DNA from: a virus
Lineage: Duplodnaviria > Caudoviricetes
Strand: one strand, 5' to 3'
Virus record (IMG/VR): IMGVR_UViG_3300012942_000054
Coordinates: 1 to 53,899 of that record
Length of the DNA: 53,899 bases
Shown: one piece after another, positions 7,820 through 16,051 of the stretch
Numbering within the stretch: the stretch's first letter is position 1
How the letters are laid out: each line of letters opens with the position of its first letter
Position numbers and translations under genes: made by a program
The notes under the pieces: model-generated
The model's database searches: none
The model's input: only the letters and a program-made list of their open reading frames with translations
Told to the model about the DNA's origin: nothing

Positions 7820-8715
7820 AAGTATTAGTAAGTTTTTCAGGTGGCAAAGATAGCCTTGCAAGCCTTATTTGGGCGGTAAATGAGTTCGGCAATAAGAATG
7901 TCGAAGCGGTGTTTTGCGACACTAAATGGGAGCATGAGTTAACCTATGCGCACATTGACGATGTAGTTAAGAGGCTGCAAGTAAAATTAACCGTATTGAC
8001 TTCGGAAAAGTACGATGGGTTTGTGGATTTGGCTAAACAAAAAAAACGATTTCCGTCAACGAAAGCACGGTTCTGTACGGAAGAACTAAAAAGCAAACCA
8101 ATGATTAATTATGTCTTGAAACAGGAAGATGATCTACTAATCATTCAAGGTATCAGAAAGGACGAAAGCCTTAGCCGTTCGTTAATGGAAAAACAATGCA
8201 CTTTTTTCAAGTATTACTTTTCCCCTTATGGGCATGGCAAGGATGGAAAACCAAAGTTTCATAGCTATCGAAAAAAGGAAATTGTGGAATGGAAGAAGCA
8301 ATATGCCGATGACATTTTACGCCCTGTATTTGACTGGACGGCTCAAGAGGTTATCGACTACATTTTGAAAAATGGACTAAAGCCGAACCCGCTTTATTAC
8401 ATGGGATTTGCCCGTGTGGGTTGTATGCCCTGTATCATGTCAAGGCATCAGGAAATAAAGTCAATGATTCAGCACTTACCGGATGCAGTTGAAAGGTTGA
8501 AAGAAGCACAAAATCAGGTTGGAAATTCATCATTCTTTCCACCCGGATATATCCCAGATACATTTTGTACAGGATTTGATAAAAAGAGCGGTAAAAAGTT
8601 CCCTATACTGGAAGATGTATTGAATTATATCAACAGGCACAAAGACCAAATGGATTTATTTGAAGATAAAAATACTGATAACCGTTGCATGAGCTTTTAT
8701 GGCTTATGTGAGTAA
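7816..8715 (+). CDS. PAPS-reductase/DndC-superfamily protein
   Basis: PP-loop SFSGGKDS, RFCTEELK, GIRKDES, RVGCMPC, C-terminal GLCE. Confidence 0.85.
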   Translation: MKVLVSFSGGKDSLASLIWAVNEFGNKNVEAVFCDTKWEHELTYAHIDDVVKRLQVKLTVLTSEKYDGFVDLAKQKKRFPSTKARFCTEELKSKPMINYVLKQEDDLLIIQGIRKDESLSRSLMEKQCTFFKYYFSPYGHGKDGKPKFHSYRKKEIVEWKKQYADDILRPVFDWTAQEVIDYILKNGLKPNPLYYMGFARVGCMPCIMSRHQEIKSMIQHLPDAVERLKEAQNQVGNSSFFPPGYIPDTFCTGFDKKSGKKFPILEDVLNYINRHKDQMDLFEDKNTDNRCMSFYGLCE

Positions 8716-8726
8716 ATAATGCAGCC

Positions 8727-9170
8727 ATGACAAGAGAACATTTAGAAAAGATTTTGTACGAAATATTTCCTCATAAACTTTATAAGGAGGCGATTGATCG
8801 GCTATATGCACCCGAATACTTTATTCAAGAAATGGACGAGGACGAGTTTTTACTCATCAAAAGAGCGCTTACATTCAATCATTCTGAACATGGACTAACC
8901 TTTAAATCGGGAAGAATCTCATGTTCCGTCGTAGAATTCCTATTCTCTCATTCACGTTTTGAGCAGGTACGGGTTAATGTCTTTTACGACTTTATAAAGA
9001 GTGCAATTTATAACACCGTTTTGGCTTTACCCCAATACACTCAAAAAGATTGGGCAGGCGGAAACCGCATTTCACAACAAGCAAACACTGTTCGCAATGG
9101 CAAAGAGTTAGAGCGGTGTTTTAATAGACTTTATAAACGTTTTGAATGTCCTGATCTATGCAAGAACTAA
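8727..9170 (+). CDS. hypothetical protein
   Basis: ORF in operon. Confidence 0.65.
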   Translation: MTREHLEKILYEIFPHKLYKEAIDRLYAPEYFIQEMDEDEFLLIKRALTFNHSEHGLTFKSGRISCSVVEFLFSHSRFEQVRVNVFYDFIKSAIYNTVLALPQYTQKDWAGGNRISQQANTVRNGKELERCFNRLYKRFECPDLCKN

Positions 9171-9431
9171 TACAAATAACCGCCGTTCTGGCCGGGTTCT
9201 ACCTGATAGCGATGCTGGTTTCCACGGCGATACTGAAATGCGAAAAATTAATTATTAAACTGAAAAGGAGGAAACGATGATAATACCACCGGCATTCGCA
9301 ATAACCGACCCTTATAGGGATTTCAGAAATGATTTGAAATTATACCAATGGACGGGATGCAACCCTAAAACATACGGTCAAAACAAACGAAAATCTTACA
9401 AAAACAAACTTAAAAACAAAAGGAGGAAAAA

Positions 9432-9689
9432 ATGAAAGTGTATTCCGAAAGATGCAATCAATGTCTTTTTTCAAAAAATAGAATAGTGAGTAAAGAAAGG
9501 GCGGCAGAAATAATTAAGGGATGCGTTGACGACCAGAGCTATTTTGTTTGCCATAAAGCGACTATCGACGGTAAAGATACTATGTGCAAAGGATATTATG
9601 ACCAATTAGGACAGCATTCCCAAAGTCTTAGAATAGCCGAGCGATTAAATATTGTTCAATTTGTTAACCAAAAACAAGAAAATAAATGA
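9432..9689 (+). CDS. Cys-rich hypothetical protein
   Basis: CNQC...FVCHK...C. Confidence 0.7.
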   Translation: MKVYSERCNQCLFSKNRIVSKERAAEIIKGCVDDQSYFVCHKATIDGKDTMCKGYYDQLGQHSQSLRIAERLNIVQFVNQKQENK

Positions 9690-10333
9690 TACTACCATTC
9701 TCACAATTTTGGAAAAAAGACATGGACGAACTATCAGGCCAGAAAAATTACTTCGTAGAGAAAATCCTAAAAGGTTTGCCAGATAATGACAAAGATTTTT
9801 ATCCAGAGATATGCAGCCATTGTGGTTGGAAGGGAATGTCATCTATACATTTATCAGGAAGATGTTCAAAGTGTGGTTACTTTTCTTTAAGATATTATCA
9901 TGAGTTCCCTCCATTAGGGGATAATGGGTATTATACTCACCTTAATGTATCCCCCAAACTCCACACCATCCGCCATGACCCGCATAACCGCTGGAAGCCG
10001 GGCATGAAAATACACCCACGCATCAACAACCGAACTAAAAACAGCTTTCAGTTTGCGCCTACTTTGGAGTGTGTGAGTGTGCAGAAGGTTGAGATAAAAG
10101 CCTATAAAAGCACGATAAAACCAATGTTGCACCATAGCCTTTTTTTATTCCCCGAAGAACATTTATACCAATGTTTTAAGGTTTGTATTGATGGGAAAAG
10201 TATGTCTTTATATGATGTTAACCAGCTCGCCCTAAATGATGGATTTCCGTCAGTTGAAGCATTCTTTCGGTGGTTTAACGAGGACACGAAGCCGGGAACT
10301 GTAATTGTACATTGGACTGATAAAACGTACTAA
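9686..10333 (+). CDS. ASCH/PUA-like protein with inserted zinc ribbon
   Basis: KLHTIR...RWKPG...LALNDGF...F.WF...IVHW; CSHC/CSKC insert. Confidence 0.55.
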   Translation: MILPFSQFWKKDMDELSGQKNYFVEKILKGLPDNDKDFYPEICSHCGWKGMSSIHLSGRCSKCGYFSLRYYHEFPPLGDNGYYTHLNVSPKLHTIRHDPHNRWKPGMKIHPRINNRTKNSFQFAPTLECVSVQKVEIKAYKSTIKPMLHHSLFLFPEEHLYQCFKVCIDGKSMSLYDVNQLALNDGFPSVEAFFRWFNEDTKPGTVIVHWTDKTY

Positions 10334-10334
10334 C

Positions 10335-10502
10335 ATGAAAACACTCGACCAAATTAAAAACGAAGTAGCCAAAGAGTCTGGTTATAACGACTGGGAACAT
10401 CTGATGATTGAGAGTGACCCGGGTGATTTTGTAGATGAAGTCGCAATAGCTTACGGTAAAGAAATTGCCAACCGATTTGAAACATATTTCATATTTAAAT
10501 AA
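10335..10502 (+). CDS. hypothetical protein
   Basis: ATG 10335 after the upstream stop. Confidence 0.6.
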   Translation: MKTLDQIKNEVAKESGYNDWEHLMIESDPGDFVDEVAIAYGKEIANRFETYFIFK

Positions 10503-10512
10503 ACGAACTAAA

Positions 10513-10920
10513 ATGATTACACAAGAAGAAAAAAAACAAATATTCGCCCTCTATTTTAAACAGAAAGTAGGCGTATCCTCCTGGTCACTTGAAAACAACC
10601 CCATAAGGGTGGATATTGACTTTTTAGATTATGCTTGCTACGAGGGCAATTGTCAATATCTGTTATTGAAACCCCTATCCCAAATTAGCGATGAAGATGC
10701 TGTGGAGGCATTGAGGATTTTTAAGATTGAAGATGCAAGATTATTCCCAGATAACTGCGCAGACCCATCCTTAGATGAATTTAAAGAGCAAATAGAAGAT
10801 ATGCCCGTCATTACTTCAATTGCTGACTACCTCCGCTCACATGGTTATGCTTTACCCTATATGAACTGGAGTGTTTCGGAGCTGGTTGAGGCTGGTGTTT
10901 TTAAATTGGTTGAGCCATGA
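10513..10920 (+). CDS. hypothetical protein
   Basis: ATG 10513; LLLKPLSQISDEDA...ADYLRSHGYALP. Confidence 0.7.
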   Translation: MITQEEKKQIFALYFKQKVGVSSWSLENNPIRVDIDFLDYACYEGNCQYLLLKPLSQISDEDAVEALRIFKIEDARLFPDNCADPSLDEFKEQIEDMPVITSIADYLRSHGYALPYMNWSVSELVEAGVFKLVEP

Positions 10921-11153
10921 TTAAAAACAAAGGAAACTACGCTATTTGGGTGCCGGACAAATCCTTGATAGACCTCGAACAAAGGAATGACTTGTTGGTT
11001 AAGCGCTTGAAATGGACACATGAACAGTTAGATATCACACTGCAACAATTGAGAAGAACAGAATCAGAACGTCAAAGGCTGAAAGAAAAATCAGACAGAC
11101 TTAGAAAAGAATTGTATCAACTAAAAATAAAGAATCATGAACAACGAATTTGA
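10917..11153 (+). CDS. coiled-coil hypothetical protein
   Basis: ATGA overlap. Confidence 0.65.
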   Translation: MIKNKGNYAIWVPDKSLIDLEQRNDLLVKRLKWTHEQLDITLQQLRRTESERQRLKEKSDRLRKELYQLKIKNHEQRI

Positions 11154-11463
11154 ATTTAGAGGAACAAAAGGAACTTTTGAAGATGGCCATACTGGATGGA
11201 AAATGCACAAAATTCCAAACGCATACGGAGGCACAAAACATAGTTATGAAATACATTGGTCAGATGATGGAGAATGTGTTGCAGAATTTGTGCATGAAAA
11301 GGCGGACGCTAAGGCGATAGAAAAAGTCCCCGAACTACCAAGAACACTTAACATGCTATTATCAGCCTTAGATGAAGTAGAGCTAAGCCCCGACACACAG
11401 GAGGTAATAGTGCCAATAATGGCCGATGCTGAAACCCTTTTAAAAGAATGTACAGAGATATGA
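11137..11463 (+). CDS. hypothetical protein
   Basis: ORF in operon. Confidence 0.7.
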   Translation: MNNEFEFRGTKGTFEDGHTGWKMHKIPNAYGGTKHSYEIHWSDDGECVAEFVHEKADAKAIEKVPELPRTLNMLLSALDEVELSPDTQEVIVPIMADAETLLKECTEI

Positions 11464-11648
11464 ACAAATTACCTTCACTAATCGTAATTGAAATTTTAGC
11501 CACGCTTGCAATATATGGCATTTGTGCCTTTATAACGTGGAGTATTAACCCATCCGAATGGGGGGTGATATTAAGAGTGGTTGCGGCCTTATTTTGGGCT
11601 TTGGCGACAACACTGATTGCAGGGGAATGGTTGGACACTAAAAAATAA
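11460..11648 (+). CDS. small two-TM membrane protein
   Basis: Two hydrophobic segments; ATGA overlap. Confidence 0.65.
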   Translation: MNKLPSLIVIEILATLAIYGICAFITWSINPSEWGVILRVVAALFWALATTLIAGEWLDTKK

Positions 11649-11652
11649 ATCT

Positions 11653-12141
11653 ATGAAACATAAAATATTTTCAACCGCAAAAGCAGAAATTTTAGTTGTG
11701 GATTTGCCGGAAGGAGCAAACAGACCAACGTATTTTAACGATAAGGAGCGCCCCTATCTTTCGTATTTTATTGGGGTGGACACTTATCGAGAATATGGTT
11801 TGTCCAAAGGAAACTGGCAACCATTAACTTTTGATGAAGAAACGGCAAAAATGATAGTGGATGATTGTTCTTTTTATGCCAAATGCTGGAAAAAGTACAA
11901 TGTAACCATCCCTAAAAATGTAAAAGGGGATTATGACCCAAAATATTCATGCTACACAGCCCTCGAATCCCTGAAATCATTAATTGAGGCTAATGTGCCA
12001 TTACGGAATAATCTGGGATTAATTGAACCAAAGGCGTATAGACTTACAGGATTGCTATCTGATATTGAAGATAATCGAAAATGGCAACAAGCCGAAGAAT
12101 CTGTATTCCACAACCCTCACTACTTTTTTAAGCTGAAATAA
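11653..12141 (+). CDS. hypothetical protein
   Basis: ATG 11653. Confidence 0.7.
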   Translation: MKHKIFSTAKAEILVVDLPEGANRPTYFNDKERPYLSYFIGVDTYREYGLSKGNWQPLTFDEETAKMIVDDCSFYAKCWKKYNVTIPKNVKGDYDPKYSCYTALESLKSLIEANVPLRNNLGLIEPKAYRLTGLLSDIEDNRKWQQAEESVFHNPHYFFKLK

Positions 12142-12142
12142 A

Positions 12143-12520
12143 ATGAAAATATTTAAGAAAAAAGAAAAGCCTACTCCTGTTTACTTTGATGTAAACGGAC
12201 AGTGGTTTAATACTCCAGAAGAAAGAGATAAAAGCAACCGATTAATATCTTTAAATGAAAGAAAGAAAGATATATATAACGATTTAGAACGTTGGTTGTC
12301 TATTTTTTCAAAAGAACTTAAATCAAAAGATAGGGTCATTACAGAGGCCTCTTTTGTCACGGCATCTGATTTTGTAAGATTCCTTGATGAATGGGAAGAT
12401 TTTAGGAAGCTGAGAATATTAGGGCTAATTGCTGAATATTATCTAATTGAACAAGAATTAGGATTTAACAAATGCCCTGATATTTTCTTGAAATATCTAA
12501 ATACAAATGAAACGATTTAA
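12143..12520 (+). CDS. hypothetical protein
   Basis: ORF in operon. Confidence 0.65.
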   Translation: MKIFKKKEKPTPVYFDVNGQWFNTPEERDKSNRLISLNERKKDIYNDLERWLSIFSKELKSKDRVITEASFVTASDFVRFLDEWEDFRKLRILGLIAEYYLIEQELGFNKCPDIFLKYLNTNETI

Positions 12521-12607
12521 TCCAACAGTTCGCCACAAGTTTAAATTCCGGTGGATAGGAAACAAAAATCTACATCTTATTAATAGGCTAAGAAAATTGA
12601 AATAATT

Positions 12608-12976
12608 ATGAATTTTGAAGCAATAAAGAGAAGCAAAGAGATTTATCCTGAACCAATCAGCGACATTTCCGAAGATGGAAAACATGAAATAGAAATTCTA
12701 AGACGTGGGTTTAGGATTGGCTATAATAATGCTATGGAAAAATACCAAAGTAAATTGGTCTATTTGGCCATGTATTGCCCGGATATAAACGAATCAGCAT
12801 TTACTCCACTAAGCGCCCACAGGACAAGGGAAGGGGCAGAAAAATCCATTGCATTCCATAAAATGGAGAAGATGAAAGAATGGGAAAAGATGTGGACAAC
12901 AGAGGAAAAAAGAAAAGACTTCGCCTTTGGCGAGTATGAAGATTGGGCTATTGAAGAAACCATAATTTTAGACTAA
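12608..12976 (+). CDS. hypothetical protein
   Basis: ORF in operon. Confidence 0.7.
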   Translation: MNFEAIKRSKEIYPEPISDISEDGKHEIEILRRGFRIGYNNAMEKYQSKLVYLAMYCPDINESAFTPLSAHRTREGAEKSIAFHKMEKMKEWEKMWTTEEKRKDFAFGEYEDWAIEETIILD

Positions 12977-12978
12977 CT

Positions 12979-13215
12979 ATGACATATAAAGAAGTATTAC
13001 TGTGCTTGTTACAAAATGATGATTTTGTAACAAATTATGATAGGATAACTGGCAGTCATTTGGGTAGCGTTATTCAGTCCATGAAAGAAAAGGGAATTAA
13101 TCACATTATAGATGTAAGTACCGGAAAATTCAAATCCGAAATTCAAAAGTTTGACGATTTTGTATTTGAAACTATATGGGCGGTAGTATCGCAAGACCCC
13201 AATCCAAAACTATGA
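12979..13215 (+). CDS. hypothetical protein
   Basis: ORF in operon. Confidence 0.65.
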   Translation: MTYKEVLLCLLQNDDFVTNYDRITGSHLGSVIQSMKEKGINHIIDVSTGKFKSEIQKFDDFVFETIWAVVSQDPNPKL

Positions 13216-13580
13216 CACCATTTGAAAATTACTTGATACAAAAAGGTTGGAGACGATATAAAAAGAATTTTTCCGGAAATAACGTCGTAAAAGAGTATAG
13301 CAATTCCGATTTTGTGAGTAGTATGGGGATATTAGGATATTTTTTTGAACACAGTGATTATCCTGAAATTCAGCCCTACTGGGGATTGGATATATTGGGG
13401 ATGCCTCCGGTTATGATATTAGTAGATGATTTGAATTATAGGTATTGCACGGATTTTAATTGCAACGTTAATTCACTTGCAACAAGGATTATTAAGTCAT
13501 TCCACTTTGACTTGATTTACGAAAAAATGATAACAGGCAAACTTATTGACCTGTACGAAGCCCTTAAACAAAATAGTTAA
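13212..13580 (+). CDS. hypothetical protein
   Basis: ATG 13212 with ATGA overlap. Confidence 0.65.
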   Translation: MTPFENYLIQKGWRRYKKNFSGNNVVKEYSNSDFVSSMGILGYFFEHSDYPEIQPYWGLDILGMPPVMILVDDLNYRYCTDFNCNVNSLATRIIKSFHFDLIYEKMITGKLIDLYEALKQNS

Positions 13581-13583
13581 CCC

Positions 13584-13922
13584 ATGACTATTATATCCCC
13601 CTACTCTTTCCCCGGAATTGCCCGTAAAAAAGGAATAACCATTGATGAAATTATTGACGTGGCTTTCTCGAACGAAAAAGACCTTGTAATGAGCAAGTCC
13701 CGGAAATCGGGAATAATCATCAAACGGCAAATTGTGATGTACCTATGTCGCCATGCAGCACATAAAACTTATGCCAATATTGGCAGCCATTTTAATACAG
13801 ACCACACAACGGTTATTAATGCCTGCAAAAGAGTTCAGGGCTACATTGATATTGACCCTGAATTTAAAGCCAATATCGACCAAATAAGCGACCGGGTAAA
13901 GGTAAAATTATTGATAGGTTAG
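13584..13922 (+). CDS. stand-alone DnaA domain IV-like (Bac_DnaA_C) HTH protein
   Basis: KSRK...RQIVMYLCR...IGSHFNTDHTTVINACKRV. Confidence 0.85.
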   Translation: MTIISPYSFPGIARKKGITIDEIIDVAFSNEKDLVMSKSRKSGIIIKRQIVMYLCRHAAHKTYANIGSHFNTDHTTVINACKRVQGYIDIDPEFKANIDQISDRVKVKLLIG

Positions 13923-14380
13923 TATTTCCCATTAAAGTATAATTCCGCCTCTGCCTTCCTCCGGCGTTTCAAGCCGTTCAAAACCTTGCCCCCGGATGTA
14001 ATGGCTAAATTCTGCCAATATTCGGGGGTTATTGTTTGATTGACGACCAGTTTCCAAATATTGTACAAACGCCACTGCCCACCCGATTTGTATGATGTGC
14101 CGGCGTTGTACCGAAACGAAACAAGGGCATCGAACTCATGTTGCGACAAATGACGCTTAACCAATCTTTCAACTTCCAATCCGAACGATTTTAAGTCATG
14201 CTGGAACCAACTAACAGCCTGCCCGGGAGTGCAAGTATCGCCCTCCTTTACACGACTTCCGTCAGGGTATCGGGTCGTCCCAAACCCTAATGTCCATGTA
14301 CCGCCGGAATCCTGATAGGCTTTATCTCTGAAAGATTCCCACCCGGCTATAAATTCCGCACCTTGTTTGCTTATTTCCAT
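13919..14380 (-). CDS. endolysin, GH24 lysozyme
   Basis: E-x8-D-x5-T (WESFRDKAYQDSGGTWTLGFG), FDALVSFRYN, GLKRRRKAE. Confidence 0.95.
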   Translation of the reverse strand: MEISKQGAEFIAGWESFRDKAYQDSGGTWTLGFGTTRYPDGSRVKEGDTCTPGQAVSWFQHDLKSFGLEVERLVKRHLSQHEFDALVSFRYNAGTSYKSGGQWRLYNIWKLVVNQTITPEYWQNLAITSGGKVLNGLKRRRKAEAELYFNGKY

Positions 14381-14454
14381 GTTTCCTGTTATAATTCAAA
14401 TAAGGCACTCCCTAAGCGCGCTGTTCTTATGGGAAGCGGGGAGCGCTACTGTCT

Positions 14455-15096
14455 TTACTTCCATTTAATTAAAAATCCTATCCCGACCGCTAAAGCAATC
14501 GCAATAACGTACCCCAGAATTGCCCAAAATTGCCACGTTGATAATTTCCCTTGCAGTGTGTTATTTGCTTCCGTTATGCGGCTGTTTTCGCTGCGCAATA
14601 ATGCTTTGCCGGATGTATCGACCGTATGAATTATAATTGTTTTGGTTGGCGGCACATAAATCGGTTTATTGTCCTTTTTATTTTTAGATACCGCTTTTTC
14701 TTTTGAGGTAATTAATTTGCCGGATGTATCTTGAGTAAATACGCTATTGTTTGGCCATACATTATAAGAAGGGTCGGCAGGCATAATGCCTATGGGGCAA
14801 TCAATCTTTAATGTATCTCCTTCTTTCAAATAATAACCTCTTCCTTCTGTGTATTTTAGTAGAGTGCTGTCGGGCATTATCCAATATCCCGGAGTATTAA
14901 TTACCTGCGTGTCCCTAACCGCCTTGCTATCGCAATACTGCAACAGCAATTCCGGATGTTTTTGTTCCAACCTCCATATTTGCCGCTGCGGGCTACATGA
15001 GCAGGCGAATGCAATAATAACCGTCAGCAGGACGATATAGACAATCAGCATCAACCAAGTGTCGTTGCTCTTTATTTGTTTCTTATCCTTTGCCAT
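14455..15096 (-). CDS. lipoprotein with C-terminal TM helix, candidate unimolecular spanin
   Basis: Hydrophobic N-terminus ending IAFACSC, C-terminal WAILGYVIAIALAVGIGFLI, adjacent to endolysin. Confidence 0.6.
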   Translation of the reverse strand: MAKDKKQIKSNDTWLMLIVYIVLLTVIIAFACSCSPQRQIWRLEQKHPELLLQYCDSKAVRDTQVINTPGYWIMPDSTLLKYTEGRGYYLKEGDTLKIDCPIGIMPADPSYNVWPNNSVFTQDTSGKLITSKEKAVSKNKKDNKPIYVPPTKTIIIHTVDTSGKALLRSENSRITEANNTLQGKLSTWQFWAILGYVIAIALAVGIGFLIKWK

Positions 15097-15488
15097 AATG
15101 ATTTGTGTTCTTCAATACAGGTATCAATGTAATACGGCTCAACGACCGTTTGCGGCTCTAAATCCAACACAAAAAAGCCGTCATTATTCTTTACTTTATG
15201 TTCTGTTACTTCGCCGTCTATTCGGGTGTAAACCGTGATTTGTTTTGGCGTTGTACGGACATAATGATTAACAACCCTTACCTTCGGCTTAGCCTCCTGC
15301 TTTTTGGCGGCCAGTTCCTTGATGATTGCCGTCTTTTTATCCAGTTGTCTTTGCAACTGTTTTACTTCCGGTGTCAGGGGCGGTACGCTACTTTGTTCGG
15401 TTTGCGCACTGCCGTGTTGTGGCGGTATAGTTACAAGGTAAAGTGTAAGAGCCGCCATTAAAATCAATGTTATTAATACCTTTTTCAT
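15072..15488 (-). CDS. membrane-anchored coiled-coil protein (lysis module)
   Basis: N-terminal TM/signal followed by coiled coil. Confidence 0.65.
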   Translation of the reverse strand: MKKVLITLILMAALTLYLVTIPPQHGSAQTEQSSVPPLTPEVKQLQRQLDKKTAIIKELAAKKQEAKPKVRVVNHYVRTTPKQITVYTRIDGEVTEHKVKNNDGFFVLDLEPQTVVEPYYIDTCIEEHKSLWQRIRNK

Positions 15489-15490
15489 GG

Positions 15491-15739
15491 CTATTTTTTA
15501 TTTTGAAGTGATTTAATAATGCTATCGCTTTCATGTAATTTTTCCTGTAAATCGTGTACCATAATGCCGTTGTAATAATCTCTCATCGAATCTCTTTCGT
15601 CCGACCGCTCAATAATGCATTTTGAATATTGACTTTCTTTTTTGAGATATTGAGCGGTCATAAAAGATATGGCACCAGCCATTAAGTACATGAGGTACAT
15701 GACCACTTTCGGGATGGACGTTTTTGCTTCTGATGCCAT
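15491..15739 (-). CDS. single-TM protein (lysis module)
   Basis: One hydrophobic segment. Confidence 0.6.
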   Translation of the reverse strand: MASEAKTSIPKVVMYLMYLMAGAISFMTAQYLKKESQYSKCIIERSDERDSMRDYYNGIMVHDLQEKLHESDSIIKSLQNKK

Positions 15740-15760
15740 ATCTTTTAGTTGTTTTCATAG

Positions 15761-16015
15761 TTATTTGCCCTCGTTGATGTCTTTTTTCGCCAGTTGTGCG
15801 CCAATTATCGTCCCGATTGCGCCCGCAATACCGATAGCCCATGCCACTGCATTGCTGAACATTTCAGGTACGGCAAATAGATGGCTTGCTGCCGCATAGG
15901 TCAAAAAGGCCGCAAGTGCCGTAAGAATGCCTACAATCCATTGAAAGATTTTAATCCGTTGGGGGCTTTTCCCGATGAATCCGGCGATAAGCTGGGCAAT
16001 GATTGATTGTTTCAT
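15761..16015 (-). CDS. putative holin
   Basis: 84 aa, two TM helices, charged C-terminus, upstream of endolysin. Confidence 0.6.
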   Translation of the reverse strand: MKQSIIAQLIAGFIGKSPQRIKIFQWIVGILTALAAFLTYAAASHLFAVPEMFSNAVAWAIGIAGAIGTIIGAQLAKKDINEGK

Positions 16016-16051
16016 TTTGATTTGTTTTTATAGTGAATGAATATGTTTTTT

